This document shows positions 16,012-23,787 of a DNA stretch of 24,151 nt, piece by piece (positions within the stretch are counted from its first letter, which is position 1; the number at the start of each line of letters is the position of its first letter). The stretch comes from a virus. Lineage: Duplodnaviria; Caudoviricetes. The stretch lies in the IMG/VR virus record IMGVR_UViG_3300027813_000093, positions 1 through 24,151 of that record; one strand, written 5' to 3'. The notes under the pieces are model-generated. The model had not been told where the DNA came from. It did not search any database and saw only the letters and a list, made by a program, of their open reading frames with translations. The position numbers and the translations under genes are program-made.

Positions 16012-18023
16012 TATATTACTCTCCCTCTTATATCTTTGTTTGGAAACTTCAATTCAAATACCGCAGGGTCTAAAGATGGATAAACCATTTTACCTTTAGT
16101 TGCCTCTTGTATATTATATGAATTTGAAGAATAATTTCCTAAACACTTGTTAGTAATTTCACATTTTGGTACTGATTGTACTCCTTCAACACCCGCTATT
16201 AATAACTCAACTTCAGAAATATTAATTGGCATATTAAATGTCCAATTATCAACATTGAAATAATTTCTAAGTTCTGTTGTTACTCTTGTTAATACTTCGC
16301 GTTTGTTATATCCACCATAAACTCGGATTTCGAAATCAACACCAATGTTAATAACAAATCCATTTATAATATTAATACCATCGGTAAGTAATCTATATTC
16401 ACTTAAATAAGTTTTTAAATTTTCTTTTACCGCTCTATTTAGATTTGATAGGTTTTTGTTTGAATTATATCCAAGTACATATAAATTAATTGCAAATGGA
16501 TTATTTTTTTCATTAACTGAACTTTTCTTGTTCGCAAGAAATTTAGTTACTTCATCTTTTACTTGTTGTTCTGTTAAATCCTTATCTCTTAAACTTTGAA
16601 CTAAACTTGTAAATTCTTCCAAAGAATCATTACTCGATAAGATAGAACTAGGTGAATTCATATCTAACTCCCCATCTGGTGCACAATATGCTTTAGCAAT
16701 TGCACCATATTTTGCTGGTAATGATAAAACTCTAACTTGATAATCTTTTCTTGTTACTGCTCTATCTTGTGAACCAAAGTTTGCTAGAGCATTTTCTCTA
16801 ATTTCTTCAATCGTATCTGCACCCTTACCACCGGTTGCTGGTTCTTCATTATCAACTGCAACTGAATTTTTAACCTCGTTATAGGCCGATAATTCGTTTG
16901 ATGTAAAAAATGAAGTATCTTCATCAAATTCAATTCTTTCTATTGCGGTAATGGTTCCTGACTGTACATTTGACTGTACTCCACCTCCTACTAGATACGA
17001 AACTGTTAGTTTTGTGTTCGAAGGAGCTTGTCCATATGATTTTGTTTTTAGGAAGTTAGATGGGTCAAATGATGCACTTAATTTATCTATTGAGTTATTT
17101 AATCCCAATCCTACATTTTTAAAGTTTGGAATTAAAGTTTCATCATTAGTTTGATTTCCACCACCAAACACAATTGTTGTAGTATTATCTTCATTTACTT
17201 TAGTTGTAAATCTTCTTGAAGTTTTAATTACTTTAAGAACGTTTGGTACTGAATCTTTAAATTGAACTAAGTCTTTATCGGTTTGTTCTGAATTTGCGTA
17301 ATCAATATAAACCATTTCTTGTGCAAGATAAGGAACCTTATACCACTTATTTCCATTAGAATCTCGTACATCGTAAATATCAATTATATTATTTTCTCCT
17401 AAATTTATTTTTGAAAACTGCTGAGGTGTTGTGAAATCTACCGTAATTGTTTTTAATTCGGCCGATATTACATTTACATATTTTTTTACTAGATACTTTG
17501 TTGGTTCATTCGAACCGTCTGTTTCATATACTGTTATTTCTCTATCATCTTGTACATTAAAATCTACTAATTCAGTAGTTCTGAATGTAGTTCCTTCGGA
17601 ACTGTTTATGGCCATTCCTTCCTTAATTCTTAAATAATATTTTGAATCAGGTTTTATTGTATCACCACTTCCAATTTTTGGTACTAGTTGATAAACTGCT
17701 AACTTTCCAATAGCAGGCGATGTTACTTTTGGTTTATATCCCAAATATTCTGCCAGTGCTAATACATTTTTCTTATCTTCAGCATATAACATCAATGATT
17801 CTTTCAATGAATCATCTACATAATAAGATAAAACATCTCCAACATAAGATGCCATCTCTATGAACATCATTCCAGGAGAAGATTCGTTAAAATCAGTATA
17901 TGTTTTAGGAAAATAAGTTTTAGAGTATTCAATTAGATTTTCTCTAAAACTAGAAAAATCTTTATTGATATATTTTATATCTCTTCCTTGATTACTTTTT
18001 TTTGTTACACTATTTAATGCCAT
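16011..18023 (-). CDS. baseplate wedge subunit (T4 gp6 / baseplate J-like)
   Basis: DFSSFRENL...YTDFNESSPGMMFIEMASYVGDVLSYY; IVFG; VSYLVGGG; ATGG...DTIEEIR...QDRAVTRKDY. Confidence 0.9.
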   Translation of the reverse strand: MALNSVTKKSNQGRDIKYINKDFSSFRENLIEYSKTYFPKTYTDFNESSPGMMFIEMASYVGDVLSYYVDDSLKESLMLYAEDKKNVLALAEYLGYKPKVTSPAIGKLAVYQLVPKIGSGDTIKPDSKYYLRIKEGMAINSSEGTTFRTTELVDFNVQDDREITVYETDGSNEPTKYLVKKYVNVISAELKTITVDFTTPQQFSKINLGENNIIDIYDVRDSNGNKWYKVPYLAQEMVYIDYANSEQTDKDLVQFKDSVPNVLKVIKTSRRFTTKVNEDNTTTIVFGGGNQTNDETLIPNFKNVGLGLNNSIDKLSASFDPSNFLKTKSYGQAPSNTKLTVSYLVGGGVQSNVQSGTITAIERIEFDEDTSFFTSNELSAYNEVKNSVAVDNEEPATGGKGADTIEEIRENALANFGSQDRAVTRKDYQVRVLSLPAKYGAIAKAYCAPDGELDMNSPSSILSSNDSLEEFTSLVQSLRDKDLTEQQVKDEVTKFLANKKSSVNEKNNPFAINLYVLGYNSNKNLSNLNRAVKENLKTYLSEYRLLTDGINIINGFVINIGVDFEIRVYGGYNKREVLTRVTTELRNYFNVDNWTFNMPINISEVELLIAGVEGVQSVPKCEITNKCLGNYSSNSYNIQEATKGKMVYPSLDPAVFELKFPNKDIRGRVI

Positions 18024-18030
18024 ATCTTAT

Positions 18031-18462
18031 TTATCCTCTAACTGTAAATGTTATTTCTTGTAAATCTATTTGATTACCTACTGTAAATTTTAATGATACT
18101 TCCGCTCTATTATTATCCTTCATCTCATCTGTCATTTTTACATCAATTTCATCTATATTAATATAAGGTAACCAAAAAGCAACACTACTTGTAATTACTT
18201 CTTGTATATTTTCAGCCAACTGTTCTGTGTTCTGTTCAAATAATAGTGATTTTAGACCAGTACCAAAATTTGGTTGGAAAATTCGTTCACCCTTTGAAGT
18301 CAATAACAAATTTTTTAAGTTTGATTTAGCTTGTTCAAATGAAGAAAATGCCTGTGCAAACATTCCTGTATTGCCTCTTTGAACAGGCAAAGTAATACCA
18401 TACGCAAAGTCGTTAAACTCTTCGGTATCTTTTACTACTTTTTTATCAAGAATATAAGCCAT
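18031..18462 (-). CDS. baseplate wedge / sheath initiator (T4 gp25 / gpW-like)
   Basis: KSNLKNLLLTSKGERIFQPNFGTGLKSLLFE...WLPYI signature; adjacent to the gp6-like gene. Confidence 0.92.
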   Translation of the reverse strand: MAYILDKKVVKDTEEFNDFAYGITLPVQRGNTGMFAQAFSSFEQAKSNLKNLLLTSKGERIFQPNFGTGLKSLLFEQNTEQLAENIQEVITSSVAFWLPYINIDEIDVKMTDEMKDNNRAEVSLKFTVGNQIDLQEITFTVRG

Positions 18463-18464
18463 TT

Positions 18465-18575
18465 TTATTTACTCCCACAATTACACTTACTACACCCATC
18501 ACTATCACCTCTAAATACGTTAACTAAAATTTTAACCGCATAGAGTACAATAAATATAGATACTAGTTCTTGCAT
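18465..18575 (-). CDS. 36-aa membrane microprotein with a Cys-rich tail
   Basis: Not in the track. MQELVSIFIVLYAVKILVNVFRGDSDGCSKCNCGSK*. The start overlaps the upstream stop (TAATG) and the stop lies 2 nt before the gp25-like ATG. Confidence 0.7.
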   Translation of the reverse strand: MQELVSIFIVLYAVKILVNVFRGDSDGCSKCNCGSK

Positions 18576-19162
18576 TATCTTTTAAACTTTTTAACTAATT
18601 CAGAGTTATCTCTGTTTAATATTTTATCTAAACCAGGTAATCCAGTTCTTACTCCCAATCCAGTTTTACTTGGCCTTGATGGAACATCGCCATATCCCAT
18701 TTTCTGTGCCATTTGTGTTCTCATCATTTCAGTACCACCAGCGGCTCCATTAGAGGTAAAGGATAATGTCTTATCCATACTCTCTTGAATTGGTGCTTGT
18801 TGTGGTAAAGTATCTAATACAGAAGCTCCTTGAGCTTGTCCACCAGCTGCTCGTTGTGATTGAGAAAATGGTTGTGTGTTATTTAATACCTCATTTAATA
18901 TAGGGTTCTTTGAAAATTGTTTTTTTGGTGCGTGTCTTTGTTCCTGTAATGCAAGTTCTGCTTGTTGAAATGGGTCTACTACATCTTCAACTACTTGCGA
19001 TGAGGGAACGCTGACTACACCTCCCTTCGCCTCTGCTAATCTTTTATTTACTTCCTCTGCCAATATTTTTGGAAAAGTTTTCGATAAAAAACGCTCTTGT
19101 TGTTTAGCGGATTCCACTTCCACAAGAGCTCTTATTACTTTAATTAATTGCTTGTTATTCAT
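18575..19162 (-). CDS. hypothetical protein in the baseplate cluster (Gln/Gly-rich)
   Basis: 195-aa ORF with the late motif upstream; no family recognised. Confidence 0.75.
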   Translation of the reverse strand: MNNKQLIKVIRALVEVESAKQQERFLSKTFPKILAEEVNKRLAEAKGGVVSVPSSQVVEDVVDPFQQAELALQEQRHAPKKQFSKNPILNEVLNNTQPFSQSQRAAGGQAQGASVLDTLPQQAPIQESMDKTLSFTSNGAAGGTEMMRTQMAQKMGYGDVPSRPSKTGLGVRTGLPGLDKILNRDNSELVKKFKR

Positions 19163-19183
19163 TTTTTAAATCTATTGTTCTTA

Positions 19184-19194
19184 ATATAAATATA
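19184..19194 (-). promoter_or_regulatory. putative late promoter TATATTTATAT
   Basis: Exact 11-mer 21 nt upstream of the ATG at 19162. Confidence 0.65.
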
Positions 19195-19212
19195 TCTACT
19201 TTACTTTTATGG

Positions 19213-19791
19213 TTATAGAACCGAATATCCGACAAATGGTAATATCGATGGAGCAGTTATTACTGGAAGACCAGGGTATAATGATTCCATGATATATGTT
19301 CCCGCAATTGTTGTAAGATGTATTTGCATTGATGCAATTAATATATCTAAAAAAATATTTGTATCATCTAGTGATGGAGTTGGTCCGATTGGGGTCCACT
19401 TACCAGGATTACTTACCATTGCTAATGTTGTACTAATATTCATGAAGGCAGGTGGGGTAACTCCTATTGGTGGAATCGAAGTAGATATCTCTGCACCTAC
19501 CCAATATCCGCCTTGAATAGATTTTCCTATATCATCTATAAAGGTGTGATTTCCTTTTTTTATATTTAATGCCTTTACACATGCCAACTTTAAAAGAGTT
19601 TCCATTAAATCAACATTTCCCTTTCCCAATGGAACAGAGAAGGCTGGAATAAGACTAGGTTGTTGAAATCCCCTCTTAATACACATATCATATTCCTGAG
19701 TTAGTTTCTTTGCAAATTCATCAGAAGAGTTTATACTTTCTTGATTACTCATGAAGGATAACATATTTTGTTTGAATATAGAGAAAGACAT
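19213..19791 (-). CDS. hypothetical protein directly downstream of the gp5-like gene
   Basis: 192 aa with a Pro/Gly-rich hydrophobic C-terminal half; starts 3 nt after the gp5-like stop. Confidence 0.75.
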   Translation of the reverse strand: MSFSIFKQNMLSFMSNQESINSSDEFAKKLTQEYDMCIKRGFQQPSLIPAFSVPLGKGNVDLMETLLKLACVKALNIKKGNHTFIDDIGKSIQGGYWVGAEISTSIPPIGVTPPAFMNISTTLAMVSNPGKWTPIGPTPSLDDTNIFLDILIASMQIHLTTIAGTYIMESLYPGLPVITAPSILPFVGYSVL

Positions 19792-19794
19792 GAG

Positions 19795-21057
19795 TTATTC
19801 TGTATAATTAATAGTTGATAGTATAGTATCTAATTTAGATTTTATTTTATTGAAATCTCCGCGGTTGTTTGGTCCTAATGCAGTTGGGCCTGCAGGTGTT
19901 GAAAATATTTGAGCATTTATAGCTTCACATAGTTCGGCAAGAATATCAATTAACGTTTGTCCTCTTGCAAGTGGTTCTTGTTGGTTGGTACCAGGTGATT
20001 TCCCACCTTCATCTGTATTTAACCATATTTCCCCGGCTCCGGCAAGTAATTTAAAATCGTTATCATTGGTAGTAATTAAAACATCTCCATTGAAATCCAT
20101 ATCAGCACCATCTAATCCATTGTCAATTGTTAATTTACCATCAGATATAAATGAATAGTTTCCTTTGGAATAAAATAACATTTCAGAATCTTTAGAAGAT
20201 AAAATAATTCTACCACTATTAATTAAAATTTGGTCAGTTCCTTTTAATTCAGGTTCTTCTGCATATATTGGTTCTGTTTCTAATGGAGTATCTACTGTAC
20301 CAGGAGTAAAATTTAGTGATTTATCAAAACTTGTTAAAGCTATTGTAGAACCATCATCAACAAAATTTTCTTCAACAATTTCTCCTATTTTTAAATCATT
20401 AAGTGATTTACTTCCTTGTCTGTTTCTTATTACGATACTTGGAGAAAAACTTTTTTCTTCATTATTATACCCACTAAATCGTATTGATTGACCGAACCTA
20501 CTTTGAATTACCTTATCACCTTCATATAATTTTAAATGGTTTATTTTGTTTTTTGAAAAATATTCTCCGTGATTTTCATTATCAGTTGAAATTTTTGAAG
20601 CTTTTTTTGTGGCTCCTGTTTGAGAGGTTTCTTTATAAGTTTTAGAATTTCCTACTGAACCCTCATCGGTGTTGAAATATTTTGTTTGAGCATTTATTTT
20701 AGCATTACCAGTATTTAAATTTGGTGAAATAATTCTTTTATAAAATATGCTGCCATTTTCAGATTTTATTAATTCTACTATTTCTCCTTTAATTGGTAAA
20801 TCTATAAAAGAATAATCATATGGTGTATAATATCTTAAAGATTCTGTTTGTGCAGTTTGGTCATTTAATTTTCTTATTTTTGCAGAACCGATTGAGCTAT
20901 AATCTTTATCAGTTATACCTTCGTCTGATTCTTCTATTGGACGTATTGCTTCGGAATCTCCATCTAGAACTACATCCATAACTAAACCCAGGCCAATGTT
21001 TTCATTAACACTTTCCTTGGTTCTTCTTACTACTTGTGAAAGGATTCTTCTACTCAT
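19795..21057 (-). CDS. baseplate hub / central spike (gp5/VgrG/gpV-like), no lysozyme domain evident
   Basis: OB-fold-like LPIKGEIVELI; YEGDKVIQSRFGQSIRF; beta-helix-like QILINSGRIILSSK...; C-terminal PLARG...STPAGPT. Confidence 0.7.
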   Translation of the reverse strand: MSRRILSQVVRRTKESVNENIGLGLVMDVVLDGDSEAIRPIEESDEGITDKDYSSIGSAKIRKLNDQTAQTESLRYYTPYDYSFIDLPIKGEIVELIKSENGSIFYKRIISPNLNTGNAKINAQTKYFNTDEGSVGNSKTYKETSQTGATKKASKISTDNENHGEYFSKNKINHLKLYEGDKVIQSRFGQSIRFSGYNNEEKSFSPSIVIRNRQGSKSLNDLKIGEIVEENFVDDGSTIALTSFDKSLNFTPGTVDTPLETEPIYAEEPELKGTDQILINSGRIILSSKDSEMLFYSKGNYSFISDGKLTIDNGLDGADMDFNGDVLITTNDNDFKLLAGAGEIWLNTDEGGKSPGTNQQEPLARGQTLIDILAELCEAINAQIFSTPAGPTALGPNNRGDFNKIKSKLDTILSTINYTE

Positions 21058-21460
21058 TACTTACCTTTTGTTTTAGTTCTTCAACTTCGTTAGTCAAATC
21101 ATCAACTTTTATTTTTTCATTTTCTACTTCATAAGCAGTATCTTCTAGTTGATTAAGTAATTGTTCTTTTTCTTGGTCACTAAGAAATCCAGTATCACCT
21201 TCTACTTTTTCTTTTGAGGCCACCATTCTTTGTGCAATTGCAGCCATCTTAAGAAGTGATTCATCATTACGAACTGATGTATCTACCAAATCTTTTATGA
21301 TTGGACCAATTACTGCCATATCACCAGAATGCCTAATTACCTTTTTCATTTCGGCAATTAGTTCTGATATTTTTTGTTTCTTGTTTTTTTGATTTTCGTA
21401 AATATCTTCAAACAACCCACTTAAATTTTTTCCAGGAAATAATTCAAAATTTATACTCAT
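21050..21460 (-). CDS. helical/coiled-coil hypothetical protein, first gene of the late baseplate operon
   Basis: 136 aa, overlaps the gp5-like start, late motif upstream. Confidence 0.75.
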   Translation of the reverse strand: MSINFELFPGKNLSGLFEDIYENQKNKKQKISELIAEMKKVIRHSGDMAVIGPIIKDLVDTSVRNDESLLKMAAIAQRMVASKEKVEGDTGFLSDQEKEQLLNQLEDTAYEVENEKIKVDDLTNEVEELKQKVSNE

Positions 21461-21480
21461 GATTATACCATATTAGTTGT

Positions 21481-21491
21481 ATATAAATATA
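21481..21491 (-). promoter_or_regulatory. putative late promoter TATATTTATAT
   Basis: Exact 11-mer 20 nt upstream of the ATG at 21460, directly after a terminator. Confidence 0.65.
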
Positions 21492-21498
21492 GTAAACG

Positions 21499-21526
21499 AA
21501 AAAACCTCACTTTTAGTGTGAGGCTT
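21499..21526 (-). terminator. rho-independent terminator
   Basis: Minus strand AAGCCTCAC-ACTAAAA-GTGAGGTT-TTTT downstream of the 76-aa gene. Confidence 0.85.
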
Positions 21527-21561
21527 AATCTTTAACGCGTTGTAAGAATTACTTCTAACTC

Positions 21562-21792
21562 TTACTTTTTAATAATGTGGTACAGTACAAAAGCCCCTAC
21601 AAGTCCTAACAGACCCTCAGCACTTAAACTTCCTAATATGTCCATAATGTTACCAACTACTGATACTTCTGGCCAGAAAGGGATGTTTGCACCTGAGAAG
21701 AGTACTTCAAGTACTACTCCAAAGGCGATGAAACTGATACCAATCTTTGTCAATTCTTCGGCCCATGAGCCTATTTTTTTCAAAAATTCCAT
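21562..21792 (-). CDS. small membrane protein (76 aa, two hydrophobic segments)
   Basis: Strong AAAAGGAG 6 nt upstream; hydrophobic IGISFIAFGVVLEVLF and GLLGLVGAFVLYHII segments; has its own terminator. Confidence 0.85.
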   Translation of the reverse strand: MEFLKKIGSWAEELTKIGISFIAFGVVLEVLFSGANIPFWPEVSVVGNIMDILGSLSAEGLLGLVGAFVLYHIIKK

Positions 21793-21952
21793 ATTGTTCT
21801 CCTTTTGTTTTAATTAAATGTAAATAACTTTTCCATCTTGCAAAACTAAGGGATATCCACTCAATAACTATGGTATATACAATGAAAAAAATTCCAATAT
21901 ATATTCAATACCCAATATGAGAAGTGTATGATGGGTTTATATATTTATGTAT

Positions 21953-21977
21953 AAAAAAACCCCACGAAAGTAGGGTT
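21953..21977 (-). terminator. rho-independent terminator
   Basis: Minus strand AACCCTAC-TTTC-GTGGGG-TTTTTTT. The U.G wobble pairs only on the minus-strand RNA. Confidence 0.85.
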
Positions 21978-22061
21978 GTTTTCTAACCACTTTATTATAC
22001 GATTAGAGATTTTCGAGGGAATTTATAACCTATTATTAGTATCCTCTTCTGTCAATAAGTA

Positions 22062-23768
22062 TTATAATATTTTCTTTTTTACAATATATTTGTCAAGTAC
22101 TAATGTGTCCATTTCACAATTAAGAAATGTTTTAATAGCGTCTTCTGGAGTTAAAACCATAGTTTGGTCTTTTAAATTAAAAGAAGTATTAATAACAATT
22201 GGATATTCATTTATTATATGTAATTTAGCTAATAAATCATAAACCAGTTTATGTTGATTTTTATTTAAAGTCTGTATTCTAGCAGAACCATCTACATGGG
22301 TTATAGCAGGTAAATCATTTTTATATTGTTTTTTTACTTTTACAACTTGATTCATATACGGAACCGTATGATTATATTCAAAAAATTTAGTAGAAAGTTC
22401 TTCAATTACAATTGGTGCAAAAGGTCTAAACCCTTCTCGTTTTTTAATAACTCTATTTAACCTTCTTTTCATTTGTGGGTCTCTTGGATTTGCAAATATA
22501 GAACGGTTACCGAGTGCTCTTGCACCAAATTCACTTCTACCTTGGAACCATCCAATTATACCTCCTTGTGTAATTTCCTCTGCAACTATATTGATTATTT
22601 GTTCATATAGTTTTGGTTCATAGTAAATATAGTCTTCATATTTTTCAAGGGCAGAGAATATATCATTTTTATTATATGAAGGGCCGAGATAAGGAGATGT
22701 ATTTATTTTTCTTAACTCATCATTATTTTTATTATAATAATATTCTAGTGCACAACCAATAGCAGAACCTGCATCTGATGGCGCTGGTGGTATCCATATG
22801 TTTTTATAAGGAGTTCTTTTTAATATTTTACCATTTGCAGTTCCATTGTATGCACATCCTCCACTTAAACAAATATTGTCAGATGGATTTAGTTTATGGA
22901 GATTCTTTAATAATTTAAAAAATAAAAATTCATATATTACCTGTAATGTAGCTGCTAAATCTTTATGATGTTGTTCAATTGGTTCTTCTGGTAATCTGTT
23001 TGTAAATCCAAAAAGCTCTCCGAGTTTCTCTGTAAACATACTTTTATTAGAATAATCATATGTAAAATATTCCATGTTTATTTCAAAACCACCTAATGGT
23101 TTTGTATTATATAATTTTTTAAATTTGCTTAAGTAAATGCTTGCATCACCATATGGTGCCAATCCCATTACCTTGTACTCACCTTCATTTGGTTTAAATC
23201 CTAAAAATGCAGTAAGTGAAGAATATAACATTCCCAATGAATGGGGAAAATTTATAGATTGTATTTTTTCTATTTTATTTTTACTTCCTTTAGCCAAGAC
23301 AGTTGTTTCCCATTCACCGACACCATCAACCGATAGTATGTTTGCTTCTTTAAATGGTGATGTTAAATATGAATAGTTTATATGAGACGAATGGTGGTCT
23401 GTAAATATTATTTTTGTTTTTGTACCAGTAATACTATTTAATGTGATATGTAATTTATCATATTCTTTTTTATTTCTTTTTATAATATTTCTTCTAGTAA
23501 AGTAATTCCACCATGGGCCACGTTTGGTACTTTCCTTTATTCTTTCTAATTTTAAATTTGGATTTTCATAAAAACAAATTGCATCAATATCATCTTTTTG
23601 TACTCCATTCTTAGCATATAGATAAGATATGGATTTTATTGGAAATGAATTATCGTGTTTTATTCCTGTAAATCTTTCTTCTTCACACGCACCCAATACA
23701 TTACCGTCTTTAATTAAACAGGCAGCTGAATCGTGATAACCGCAACTTATTCCTAAAATGTAACTCAT
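22062..23768 (-). CDS. carbamoyltransferase (NodU/CmcH/TobZ family)
   Basis: ILGIS..YHDSAA, EEERF...KHD, HHSSH, VDGVGE, HSLG..Y, GEYKVMGLAPYG, LSGGCAYN, DAGSAIG, EFGARALGNRS, KKREGFRPFAP, HVDGSARIQT and INTSFN motifs. Confidence 0.95.
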   Translation of the reverse strand: MSYILGISCGYHDSAACLIKDGNVLGACEEERFTGIKHDNSFPIKSISYLYAKNGVQKDDIDAICFYENPNLKLERIKESTKRGPWWNYFTRRNIIKRNKKEYDKLHITLNSITGTKTKIIFTDHHSSHINYSYLTSPFKEANILSVDGVGEWETTVLAKGSKNKIEKIQSINFPHSLGMLYSSLTAFLGFKPNEGEYKVMGLAPYGDASIYLSKFKKLYNTKPLGGFEINMEYFTYDYSNKSMFTEKLGELFGFTNRLPEEPIEQHHKDLAATLQVIYEFLFFKLLKNLHKLNPSDNICLSGGCAYNGTANGKILKRTPYKNIWIPPAPSDAGSAIGCALEYYYNKNNDELRKINTSPYLGPSYNKNDIFSALEKYEDYIYYEPKLYEQIINIVAEEITQGGIIGWFQGRSEFGARALGNRSIFANPRDPQMKRRLNRVIKKREGFRPFAPIVIEELSTKFFEYNHTVPYMNQVVKVKKQYKNDLPAITHVDGSARIQTLNKNQHKLVYDLLAKLHIINEYPIVINTSFNLKDQTMVLTPEDAIKTFLNCEMDTLVLDKYIVKKKIL

Positions 23769-23787
23769 AAATATAAATATATATTTC

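Noticed and set aside
3464-21057. Bacterial contractile injection system (eCIS/tailocin/T6SS)
   Set aside because: It is directly linked to a phage-type primase, an Mre11-like nuclease and a GIY-YIG nuclease, with dense unidirectional phage-like organisation and no host housekeeping genes.
21050-21460. Terminase small subunit call for the 136-aa helical protein
   Set aside because: Size and helicity fit, but there is no diagnostic motif and no large terminase in the window.
3452-21489. T4 gp55 late promoter TATAAATA read on the plus strand
   Set aside because: No plus-strand genes follow, and the motif sits at a consistent distance upstream of minus-strand starts, so the functional reading is probably the reverse complement.
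22003-22050. preQ1-I riboswitch-like AGAGG...CCCTC...CTAA
   Set aside because: The loop is far too long, lacks the conserved UUC, the A-rich tail is poor, and no queuosine-related gene lies downstream.
1202-23376. All plus-strand ORFs in the track (60-88 aa) and the nested minus-strand ORF 1356-1559
   Set aside because: They are short antisense or out-of-frame shadows overlapping well-supported minus-strand genes, with no recognisable motifs or expression signals.
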